The notes under the pieces: model-generated | Database searches by the model: none | What the model saw: only the letters and a program-made list of their open reading frames with translations | What the model was told of the DNA's origin: nothing | DNA from: Rotaria sp. | Taxonomy: Eukaryota | Direction: 5' to 3' | Assembly: GCA_905331535.1 (NCBI GenBank) | Contig: CAJNZB010000090.1 | Location: 262,186 to 275,568, forward strand | DNA: 13,383 bases | In this document: positions 1-8,091 of the stretch, piece after piece | Numbering within the stretch: position 1 is the stretch's first letter | How the letters are laid out: each line of letters opens with the position of its first letter | Translations under genes and position numbers: made by a program

Positions 1-348
1 AGTATTAAGTGTAATATTGACTGATCGTTCACTTGATACTGTGCCTAATGTAGAACTATAAGAAGTACAATCAGTTAGAATTTCGATAGGTGCACTTGAA
101 TAGCCACCATCAGTTGAACAATTAGCGATGCATGTAAGATTTGCATTTGTTTTACCACTTGAGACTGGAACATTTGTTGTACAGGACACAGTAGGATAAG
201 TCCATGAATAACTTTGTGTAATAGTTATGACAACTGAAGATGAATTAGCATAAGGATCAATAGGTGCCCAGCTAATAGTACCTCCATTGAAATGACTTGC
301 ATGCATACCAATTAAATAAATGAACAGAAATTGAAGAAAAATAATCAT
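1..348 (-). CDS. 5' part (first 116 codons) of a secreted Cys/Ser/Thr-rich protein; the ORF continues past the left window edge
   Basis: Reverse complement of 1..348 is open for all 116 codons. ATG at 348-346 is the first ATG after an in-frame stop at 361-363. Translation: MIIFLQFLFIYLIGMHASHFNGGTISWAPIDPYANSSSVVITITQSYSWTYPTVSCTTNVPVSSGKTNANLTCIANCSTDGGYSSAPIEILTDCTSYSSTLGTVSSERSVNITLNT. It has a hydrophobic signal-peptide-like N-terminus, 4 N-x-S/T sequons and 5 Cys. A 116-codon open frame is improbable by chance in DNA this AT-rich. It is absent from the ORF track, probably because no stop lies inside the window. Confidence 0.6.
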   Translation of the reverse strand, partial: MIIFLQFLFIYLIGMHASHFNGGTISWAPIDPYANSSSVVITITQSYSWTYPTVSCTTNVPVSSGKTNANLTCIANCSTDGGYSSAPIEILTDCTSYSSTLGTVSSERSVNITLNT

Positions 349-401
349 TGACAATGTTTTTTATAGTTTTTTTTTTATGAATGAAAATCTGAAATAAAAT
401 A

Positions 402-407
402 TTTATA
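402..407 (-). promoter_or_regulatory. candidate TATA box (TATAAA, then T) for the 1..348 gene
   Basis: Minus-strand TATAAAT lies 54-59 nt upstream of the ATG at 348. This spacing resembles the TATA-like elements before the other genes here. TATAAA is common by chance in AT-rich DNA. Confidence 0.3.
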
Positions 408-2108
408 CAAGTTCTAACATTGTTTTTATATTTTATTATTTATCAGTTGTCGATATGGAACTGATAATATCAATTTGAAGATGTTAAGAAAAGAAAAAAA
501 CAAAACATGTTGTCAAAATTTTTCTGTAACAAAGCGTGTAATAACAAAGAAACTATCGTAGAAAAATAGAAACTTTATTCTTTTACTAAATTAATGTGAA
601 GCATATTATATGTCGAAAGTAAAAACAATCGAACTCGAAGAGGTTATGAATACAAAAAATTTCAATATTCTTAAAATAGATTGTTGCTTCCTGATAAGAA
701 AATTAAACAAACACAGCTCTATATTCATAAAACACGCGATACATAATCTTCGAACAGAGCTTTTTATACGTCTGTGTAATGAGCAGTAGGCAGGCATAAG
801 AGAAACTTTCTGTTAACTTTGTTATTTTTTAATTATTAGAAGCAGTTGTAGTATGAACAGATCAATCGACAATAAAAAAAAAAGCAACCTGTAGATCATT
901 GAATTACCGATCAACAGGTATAAATTCACTAGAAAAGAATCCGCAAAACTATCGGTGTATTTTTAAATAGAGACTTGTATAGTTTCATTTATATAGATCA
1001 ACCAACTTGTATTATTTACATTCAGGACGTTGAGTTAATTAAAATGAATTGTATAATCCGAACACAAAAAAAGTATGAAAAAAAGATCAAAAGAATATAA
1101 TAAGACTAGAAGAAATGGAAAAATATCAAACAATAGATGTATTGTGAACGAAAATTCATCGTAGGAATACTTAGTCAATTACATTTAATATTCTGAATAA
1201 ATGAGTTGATCAAAGTTTCTATATAGTGCTTGAGTTCTCATGTTCTGTAATGGACATGTTAGATATTTGGTAGTAGAAAAAAAAATGAACAACGTAAAAT
1301 GATAGAAAGAATAATACAGCTTCTTTTTCAATTATGAATTGGCTGCATTGTTTTTATTAAAGACAGTATGATGATCGAAATCGATAAAAAAAGAAAGCAA
1401 CGTTTGTTGATAAAGAACACAAAAGACAAATAAAAACAAAAAAAGTATATTCATTATACACATCATATATTTTTAGAAAGTAGATGGCCGAAACATCATA
1501 AGACATCATGCGTTTTCGCAAAATAATGGTAGATGTTTTTGTCAATCATATTCAGTGAAGCGAACAACCGGGCAGGTTTACAACACTTGTAATAGAAGAC
1601 TGTTCGTATACATTATATATGCCTAACCATCAATATTTTCTTTTAATTGTGAGAGATTTATTGATATTATCTAGTGATTTTTGAAACTTTGGTATTTATT
1701 AGTAACAAAAATCTGCACCGCACCTATAAAACGGGATGAAGATGATACGAAGAAAGTGTTTCATTTTTGAATACTCGCGTAAGAGTAACAGTATGAAGCT
1801 CAAAATATCATCAAAGAATATTTAGTTAATTAGGCAAGATAAAACCAGACATAGATATGTAATAAAAGAGAATTCGTCTTAAACTTAGCATATTCTACAA
1901 TTATATTTATACTAAGTTAGATTAAAGATGAATTTCAATATTATGCTCGTCACAATAAAATTCATTAAGTTTTGAGTTAGGTCGCTTTGTTATTAGGATA
2001 ATGTTTTAACCAACATTGCTTAAAGTTTATTTTAAAAATGTAACAGATGACGATCAAAATAAATTAGCAAAAACGAACGGTATCTAATAAAGAACAAATC
2101 TGTCAATG

Positions 2109-2507
2109 CTAAATCCGCGCTGTGTAACTTTCATCGTTTGATGTACATTCGTCTACTCTGATCTTCGCTTTCAAGTGAACGACGCACATCTCTAACTGAT
2201 CAGTGATGTAATTCAGATAGTATTGTAGACAACATATTCTACCATCAAATAAGGTCTTATTTTCATTATGGCTTAATATATAGACTTTCAGACTTGTTTC
2301 TTTTGAAATATTGTCATTCAATAGGTATTTTTTCCTTCTATAACCCTGTATCTCGGCTGAATACATATGGTACGAATCGATTTTATATGAAAGACATATG
2401 AATGTGTCATAGATTATAATATATGTGCCATTGTACGCATGTCTTCTATCGAGAAATCTAACGTATGCATGCAAGATCATATTACAAGGAATTGTTCTTG
2501 AGGACAA
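2109..2507 (-). CDS. hypothetical orphan ORF (132 codons; frame open from 2525), no recognised domain
   Basis: This is the longest unexplained open frame in the window. With roughly 7-8% stop frequency per codon I expect well under one chance ORF of this length. The track start is TTG and the first ATG is codon 10. The frame is open back to a TAG at 2526-2528, which could double as a splice acceptor. I recognise no family similarity. Confidence 0.3.
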   Translation of the reverse strand: MSSRTIPCNMILHAYVRFLDRRHAYNGTYIIIYDTFICLSYKIDSYHMYSAEIQGYRRKKYLLNDNISKETSLKVYILSHNENKTLFDGRICCLQYYLNYITDQLEMCVVHLKAKIRVDECTSNDESYTARI

Positions 2508-2684
2508 ATGCTCGCTAAACTTACTCTAAATGCTTTCGACTCAGACTATATACATGTATATTCATATGATGAAAAGAAGACTTTATTGTAACGAAAATGG
2601 AGCATAGTATGTTTCGTTACTATTGCAGTATATATTTTATTTTTGATCGACCTGCGATTTCATACAAAACATGAGCTTATATAC

Positions 2685-2716
2685 GAGAGAGAGAACGAAG
2701 AGAAGAGAGGAAAGAA
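2685..2716. repeat. purine-rich (GA) low-complexity tract
   Basis: The + strand reads gagagagagaa c gaagagaagagaggaaagaa, all purines except one C. Confidence 0.7.
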
Positions 2717-3111
2717 TGAATAGAGGACAGAGTGAATGGGCAGTTACTATCGGTGATGAGGTCAGAACGTCTAACTCCATAGTGATCGAATGTTGAGGCA
2801 TCAATGCACCCACATATGATGCACACAGGATATGACTTTATTATCAACACATGTATCCTGTAATTAAGTGAAAATTTTGGAAATGATCGATATTTCTTGG
2901 AAAGTCTTCATAAGTTGTTAATTGTTGTTTTTGATGTATTACTATGCTACTATGAAAATTTCCATTGATTTGGAAATTTACCTCTTTGGAAATCTGACCA
3001 CACTTCATGTACTTATAGAGATAATCGGTATATTTAAAAGAATTCTAACCATATGATGTTTCTCTTTTTGATCTCAAAAATAATTCGGAGAATGCAAGCA
3101 TGTAGCAAAAA

Positions 3112-3117
3112 TTTATT
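3112..3117 (-). terminator. polyadenylation signal AATAAA of the SLC13 gene
   Basis: Minus-strand ctcAATAAAttt lies 40 nt downstream of the TAA stop at 3157-3159. Confidence 0.5.
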
Positions 3118-3156
3118 GAGTCATAATCCGAAAAATTTAGTGATTGATATGATGAA

Positions 3157-3285
3157 TTATGGTAATGTTAAATTAGACAGTGAAATCAAAGGTTGGTTGA
3201 GATCAAATATAGGTATCATCCATGTTGTTGAAGCAAGAAATATGATCAAACCACCGAGAAGATCTAGCACGATACCAGTTGTGAA
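3157..3285 (-). CDS. SLC13 exon 17 (terminal)
   Basis: Encodes FTTGIVLDLLGGLIIFLASTTWMIPIFDLNQPLISLSNLTLP followed by TAA at 3159-3157. Confidence 0.88.
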   Translation of the reverse strand, partial: FTTGIVLDLLGGLIIFLASTTWMIPIFDLNQPLISLSNLTLP

Positions 3286-6200
3286 CTAAATAAATTAAAA
3301 TGCATAGGCATTATTAAACTAGTATAATATTTTTACTAGGTCCCAAGTTTGAATGTAGCCGGTAGAGAATATAACTGCATTTGGTTGAGATGCTTTATAT
3401 ATGCAACAGCAACAATGATTAGTGAAAAAAATAAACTCGTGTTTTCGGTAGGTATTCACCGAAATTTATCTGTATACTTACATATTGGCAAAAGAAATCC
3501 AAGTGACAGACCCAATGTTGACGGTAACAATAGTCTAGCTGGATGAATTTCAGTGGTGCTTGCCTAGAACAAATATTAATGAAACAGAAATTCCTAATGG
3601 TCGACTATTTACGTATGGATAGTTGTAGTCGTTTCTATACTTGTTTCGTTTCCTATATGGATATAACTCATCCGCTCTTGTCAGAGTAACTGTAGAACAG
3701 TTCATAAAAAATTTTTGAATCTTTCAAGGTAGATTGATCTTGATTGGTAGTAGATGAAGGTTGTACTAGACTCAGAATTACCAGATTCTCATTTCTTTGA
3801 GATATAAGGATCCTAATGGATTAATATGATTCCATTTTTCGGATGTAGTATGTCTAATTGACTTGAAATCTCTTTTGGAAGATCAAGATATGTATTGAGG
3901 TACATCGTTACCTTTTTGCCTATGACAAATTTTACAATGTCTACTGAAAACTAACGAATCAATATTTTTTAAATAAGAAAATGGAGGATAAATCAATACT
4001 TTCTCTGATGCTAAAAAATCGCATATTTAGAGACAGCCGCTAAAGTTGGACTTTTTAAGGATTATACAAAATCATGAAAACACCTTGTTTATATGCTTTT
4101 CAATAGAGAACATTTGAGAATAGTATTAGTGACAAAAAATCGAAATAAGAAAATCTGATTTTTTTTTTAGAAAAGAGATAAATATATGTTAAGACAAATA
4201 CCAAATTTTCTCAATGGACTGATATATTCGCTAAATATTGCTTGGCTTCATTTACAAACTGAATGATATACTCCATGCAATCGAAACATATGAAAATTGA
4301 GTGAGAAAGATGATATTTTTTGGACATGACATACAATGAATTATTTTACAATCAATCAAAGTGTTCAATGCAATGTTCTTTCGTTTTATTTGAGCCGAAA
4401 ATAATGAACCAGCGGTCAAGTTTCAGAATCCTTTTTCTTTCATACTGTTTTCTTATCATTCTTGGTATTTGATTAGTTAGAATGGCAAATACTGTATCAT
4501 TAGTACAAATAAATGAAATTTCTCTAGATTTACATACCAATGTAGTGATGATGGGGAATAGAATGCTTGCTGTAGAAAAAAAATCAGTAAATTATCTTTT
4601 TGTTTGAATCACGTGTAACCATATGTGACATACCAACAGAAAGATTATTAATCATTTGTGTACATAGTTCACTTAAAACAATGATGGCCACAAGAATGAC
4701 AATGCGTGATGAACTATGAAGAAAATGTAATGCACTACCAAGAAGATTCGATAATTTTGAGATCTAATATTAGAGAGAGAGAGTGAGAGGCAACAAAAAT
4801 AGAGAGTAATCCATTTTCTTTTACTTGAAATGCTTGTGAAATTGATAGACCAGCACCGAGCAGTGTCAATGTTCCCCATGGATAATTCTTTGATAAATCT
4901 GTCCAAGAAATAATTGGTTTGTACTTATAATTTTCTAGCAATCAAAAGCAAAATGAAAAAAGTCTTTGAACCACAAAATTTACTTGAAAATGGATTATCA
5001 TTCGGTAAGATCATTGTTAGAATACCGATCAATAAAGCCACTGTACCATTGGACACATATCTTCAAGATGGAGAAGTTTGAAAAAAGAAAAACACATACA
5101 TCTAACATGAATTCATACCCAGATCGAAAAAGAACATTCCAACCACGTTGTCCTCCTGCCAAATCACGCGTAATCCACAGTACGATTGCTGTGATAAAGA
5201 GTATCGAAACAACGACTTCATTCCACCTAAAAATGAATGCAGTTCTTCTTGGAGTGATATTATAAATTTTCGTAGTTAACAATAACACAGACTATTTTTC
5301 AGATCATTTTTATGAGCGTAGCATTCTCAGAATGTTCAACAAAGAAGTAACAACCTGTTTCATTCATTTTATCCATATAATCTCACAAAAAGTAGAATCA
5401 AAGCTGATGTCAATAAAAAAAATATCGATATGGAACAAGAGTGTGTACTTCTTTTTATTGAGTAATAATAAACAATTGATTTACCGTTAATTACTCTGTT
5501 GAATATGAAATTATTCTGAACTTTTCTTCTTTCGATATTTATATCTATTTCAACTTACCGCAGAAATCCAAGTTCATTGTATTGTTTTCGCAAAGTCTTT
5601 TTCAATCGCTTGTCTATGTCATTCGATGATTGATGTTTGCAAAAACGCCATTGAAATAAACTACCAATTCGTATGTTCAATTTTATTGAAAACGACAAAA
5701 TTTGTTAACACTGATAACTCACCCATGAAAATTATAGCGAATTTGTAGCCATAACCAGCATGTTATCATCATAAGTACAACTACTGGAAGAACGAATATA
5801 AGATAATTGAGAAATGTAATACGAAAGTTAGTATTTGCATATTGTCTAACAAGAATTATATCATTAGTATTATTTGAAAAAAGAATTCAACAAGAGACTT
5901 ACTCGTCTACAAATGCTTTAAGAAAAATAGTAGCTGCCGATCCGACAATAGTTGAAAGTCCACCATAAACTGAACCGTATGCGACACATAACATAAAACC
6001 TATTTTTTTTTGTTGATGAATAATTTGAATATTTTGATTTCTAGTAAATAATGTATCAACCTTTTCTCAATTTTATAACTTCTTCTGATGATGATTTTTC
6101 TTCTTGTTCAGCTGATTTTTCTTCTTCACTTGATGGCATAGAAATATTAGTTATTTCTACTGATCGTTCTAAAATATAGAACGAGATAAATCTTGTTAAA

Positions 6201-7546
6201 ATAGATTTTTAAAGAATTAAGCTTAACCATTGACATTCGATCTGCTATTCACATGCACTTCATATTCATTTGCTATTGCCAATGCGACAGGTAGCATAAT
6301 TGATGTACTGGCCGCACTGGAAACAGAACACAGATTCAAATATATTTCAAATTTCTATGTTAGAATCAAATGAAGAACGACCATTGATGATAGTTAAAGA
6401 AATGATTTTACGATGTTTTTATTCTAATACCTAGAATCTAATAGAATCATATGTAATAATATTACATTTCACTACATCAATGCTAGAAATATTTGAATAT
6501 GTTCTTTTCTCTTTTATTCTTACCATTTGTTCGAAATGAAACTAATGCTAACATAATCTTAAGCTTAACTATAATCTTGTCTTTGTTTAGAATTTGAAAG
6601 CTAAGATAGAAATTTTTTGAAAGGTAAATATCCCGAAAATAAAAGTTTGTGCACTCAATTCAACATCATTGTTAGAATTTTCTCTTAAGATGCAGCCAGA
6701 AAAGAATAATTGAAAAACTTGAAAAGAATGATAGAAGACGAGAATTAAATTACTTGAATGTTCATAGGTATTTCCCGAAAAATAAGATCTTTCAGTTTTA
6801 CTGTATATTTTTCACCTACGTACGATGTGTTTGCAAGAACAAAACGAATATTTTCTTACTCAGCTCTTTGGACTATTTCCAATGGTGCGAACTATATCGA
6901 GCATCATAAATATGACTTAATATTCGTCGTTCTTCTGTATGAACTGTCTCTCGCAATACCTACTTATTGATCCACATTGATAATAAACATGTCGTGATCA
7001 TTAGACCAGCCATTGTCCTTAGTCAATAACAATAATTCTAGTTAATCACAAGCAAATCAAGAAATGAATACTAACCATTTGGCGGATGATCCGACTAGTT
7101 TTAAAACAAAAAGAGCAACACGTCTATGCAAATTCACAGTCTGAATAGCATATGCCAATGTGACACTACCAAAAAAGAATGCAGCAGTATCCTTCAAATG
7201 AAGAAGAAACAAATAAAAATATTATTGATCCGAATGTAAAACAAACTTTGAAATAGTTGGATGTTACTTCACTAGCTTTGAGTATACCCAATAATGGAAA
7301 TAGAACAAGCGGTAATAATGACGTTACTGGTACAGGAATAGCTTCTGATATCCAATAGATTAATAACAGGAGTACAGCATAAGCACACTTCGATGCCTAC
7401 AACTATCTTTAACTATTTTTATAAATAAATTTATAAATATATTTTACATCGGTCTGAAGTAATAATGGTAATGGTAGTAATAGAATCGGTGCGATAATAA
7501 TAATCATAATTTTGTACCATTCTTTTAGCCATAATCGTACAGTCAT
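3157..7546 (-). CDS. SLC13/DASS-family Na+-coupled di/tricarboxylate or sulfate transporter (NaDC/NaS/INDY-like), complete 17-exon gene, 553 aa
   Basis: Exons in transcript order: 7448-7546, 7247-7396, 7076-7191, 6964-7017, 6228-6316, 6061-6168, 5903-5999, 5723-5845, 5559-5660, 5119-5226, 4984-5060, 4825-4934, 4634-4763, 4538-4569, 3482-3563, 3337-3392, 3157-3285. All 16 introns are GT..AG. Exon lengths sum to 1662 nt (554 codons including TAA) and exons plus introns sum to exactly 4390 nt. The product is colinear with remembered human NaDC1, for example PILLLPLP, CAY..LL.IYWISEAIP..VTSLLP..LFP.LGI, NLHRR.AL, L.SMWI.N, C.AY....GG..T..G, WLWLQI, ..ILF....VLW.TRD, V.DGTVA, PW....LL.G.G.S, E.C....N, LP.TL, PNA..F. 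Confidence 0.9.
3337..3392 (-). CDS. SLC13 exon 16
   Basis: Encodes (S)SQPNAVIFSTGYIQTWDL, matching the family pattern (T)PPNAIVFS.G. Donor GTAAAA. Confidence 0.82.
3482..3563 (-). CDS. SLC13 exon 15
   Basis: Acceptor tgttctAG after a 974-nt intron. Encodes ASTTEIHPARLLLPSTLGLSLGFLLPI(S), matching the family pattern A..I..(H/N)P..L.LP.TL..S.AF.LP. Donor GTAAGT. Confidence 0.85.
4538..4569 (-). CDS. SLC13 exon 14 (32-nt exon)
   Basis: Encodes (A)SILFPIITTL, which completes the N..A...LFPI hairpin segment. Donor GTATGT, phase 0. Confidence 0.78.
4634..4763 (-). CDS. SLC13 exon 13
   Basis: Acceptor aatattAG preceded by a (CT)n polypyrimidine tract. Encodes ISKLSNLLGSALHFLHSSSRIVILVAIIVLSELCTQMINNLSV(A). 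Donor GTATGT. Confidence 0.88.
4772..4783. repeat. (AG)6 dinucleotide repeat, (CT)6 on the sense strand
   Basis: The + strand reads agagagagagag. On the transcript strand it is part of the polypyrimidine tract just upstream of the intron-12 acceptor at 4764-4765. Confidence 0.85.
4825..4934 (-). CDS. SLC13 exon 12
   Basis: Encodes (K)NYKYKPIISWTDLSKNYPWGTLTLLGAGLSISQAFQ. Donor GTAAAA, phase 0. Confidence 0.88.
4984..5060 (-). CDS. SLC13 exon 11
   Basis: Encodes (G)YVSNGTVALLIGILTMILPNDNPFS(K). Donor GTAAAT. Confidence 0.9.
5119..5226 (-). CDS. SLC13 exon 10
   Basis: Acceptor tttttAG after a 332-nt intron. Encodes (R)WNEVVVSILFITAIVLWITRDLAGGQRGWNVLFRS(G). Donor GTATGA. Confidence 0.9.
5559..5660 (-). 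CDS. SLC13 exon 9
   Basis: Encodes (G)LFQWRFCKHQSSNDIDKRLKKTLRKQYNELGFL(R). Donor GTAAGT. Confidence 0.88.
5723..5845 (-). CDS. SLC13 exon 8
   Basis: Encodes (E)QYANTNFRITFLNYLIFVLPVVVLMMITCWLWLQIRYNFH(G). Donor GTGAGT. Confidence 0.9.
5903..5999 (-). CDS. SLC13 exon 7
   Basis: Encodes (G)FMLCVAYGSVYGGLSTIVGSAATIFLKAFVD(E). Donor GTAAGT. Confidence 0.9.
6061..6168 (-). CDS. SLC13 exon 6 (variable acidic loop)
   Basis: Encodes (E)RSVEITNISMPSSEEEKSAEQEEKSSSEEVIKLRK(G). The phase closes with both flanking exons. Donor GTTGAT. Confidence 0.8.
6228..6316 (-). CDS. SLC13 exon 5
   Basis: Acceptor tgtttccAG after a 647-nt intron. Encodes (N)AASTSIMLPVALAIANEYEVHVNSRSNVN and continues the SMWI.N...MLP hairpin motif exactly. 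Donor GTTAAG. Confidence 0.88.
6964..7017 (-). CDS. SLC13 exon 4
   Basis: Encodes (W)TMAGLMITTCLLSMWIN plus AA of a split Asn codon. Donor GTAGGT. An in-frame TAG follows if the intron is not removed. Confidence 0.9.
   Translation of the reverse strand, partial: DNGWSNDHDMFIINVDQ
7076..7191 (-). CDS. SLC13 exon 3
   Basis: Encodes DTAAFFFGSVTLAYAIQTVNLHRRVALFVLKLVGSSAK plus TG of a split Trp codon. Donor GTTAGT. Confidence 0.9.
7247..7396 (-). CDS. SLC13 exon 2
   Basis: Acceptor ttgtAG, phase 0. Encodes ASKCAYAVLLLLIYWISEAIPVPVTSLLPLVLFPLLGILKASEVTSNYFK. Donor GTTTGT. Confidence 0.9.
7448..7546 (-). CDS. SLC13 exon 1
   Basis: ATG at 7546-7544 is the first ATG after the in-frame stop at 7634-7636. 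Encodes MTVRLWLKEWYKIMIIIIAPILLLPLPLLLQTD. Donor GTAAAA at 7447. Confidence 0.85.
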
Positions 7547-7605
7547 TGCTGATTTTATTGATATGGTTTGTATTGAATGATACAAGTGGCCTTCTTTTTT
7601 TCTCT

Positions 7606-7623
7606 TTATTATTATTATTATTA
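7606..7623. repeat. (TTA)6 microsatellite, (TAA)6 on the minus strand
   Basis: Six perfect TTA units lie 60-77 nt upstream of the SLC13 ATG. They also produce the poly-Asn run in the spurious track ORF 7431..7661. Confidence 0.9.
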
Positions 7624-8024
7624 TAATTATGATTCAATTGCTCTTTTGTCGACGAGTGCATTTAATAACGTACATGATTTTAAGAAAGGTCATATTCAAA
7701 TTTAGCTTTTAATGATAAATAGAAGTCGTCAGATGAAAGAATGGTAATCGGACTATCCAATGAAAAATGAACTTTAAATATATATTTATTCAAAGAGATA
7801 TTGACGCTTACATTTGCCTATCATACGATAACATGATGATAGAATGTTATTTTTAATCAACAATACATTGAATGAATACTAAAGAGAAATAAAAGAAAAT
7901 CTTTTTGTTTTGTTCTTGATCCTTGTTTCAACGAATATTCATCGAACAGCCCAATATTGATTTTTTCATTATAAAAACAATAAAAAAAAAAGAAGTCATC
8001 TAACACCCAACATAGATATTGAAT

Positions 8025-8030
8025 TATAAG
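8025..8030 (+). promoter_or_regulatory. candidate TATA-like element (TATAAG)
   Basis: It lies 62-67 nt upstream of the ATG at 8092, the same spacing class as the other genes in the window. Confidence 0.25.
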
Positions 8031-8091
8031 AATCAATTTAAAAAATAGGCAATGCAGACCATTCTATTTTCCATTTGTTTGATTATCACAA

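Larger units (their letters stand above)
7547..8091. promoter_or_regulatory. 545-bp divergent (head-to-head) intergenic region, presumed bidirectional promoter
   Basis: It lies between the SLC13 ATG (7546, minus) and the dioxygenase-like ATG (8092, plus). I see no coding-like frame inside it. Promoter function is inferred from position only. Confidence 0.4.

Noticed and set aside
441-466. 8-bp perfect inverted repeat TATCAGTT(10 nt)AACTGATA upstream of the first gene
   Set aside because: In 13 kb of this composition roughly ten such 8-bp short-spacer inverted repeats are expected by chance.
606-1545. Track ORFs 606..797 and 1357..1545 (minus strand)
   Set aside because: They are short (62-63 aa) and AT-rich, with low-complexity products, and are of a length expected by chance.
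2956-2995. 9-bp hairpin AAATTTCCA/TGGAAATTT with a third TTGGAAAT copy, downstream of the SLC13 3' end
   Set aside because: The expected chance count is about 2-3 per window. It lies more than 100 nt beyond the poly(A) signal, and there is no independent support.
3053-3546. Plus-strand track ORFs 3053..3289 and 3349..3546
   Set aside because: They lie antisense to SLC13 exons 15-17 and are shadow frames of strongly supported minus-strand coding sequence. Their products have no recognisable features.
4673-4906. Minus-strand track ORF 4673..4906 (77 aa)
   Set aside because: It is an alternative frame across SLC13 exons 12-13 and intron 12. The transporter frame explains the region.
4966-5265. 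Plus-strand track ORF 4966..5265 (99 aa)
   Set aside because: It lies antisense to SLC13 exons 10-11 and intron 10, so it is a shadow ORF.
6860-6915. Apparent minus-strand exon inside intron 4 encoding IFMMLDIVRTIGNSPKS, which resembles the MM.PI segment after the first SNT motif
   Set aside because: It cannot be joined in phase to exon 4 with any GT donor. It also ends in an in-frame TGA directly before the only good donor. The true continuation (N)AASTSIMLPVALAIA is at 6228-6316 and fits both phase and alignment.
6758-6970. Plus-strand track ORF 6758..6970 (70 aa)
   Set aside because: It lies inside and antisense to SLC13 intron 4 and the end of exon 4. The peptide is low-complexity with no support.
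7431-7661. Minus-strand track ORF 7431..7661 (76 aa, poly-Asn)
   Set aside because: It is in the wrong frame over SLC13 exon 1 and the 5' flank. The poly-N comes from the (TAA)6 microsatellite. The homology-bearing frame starts at 7546.
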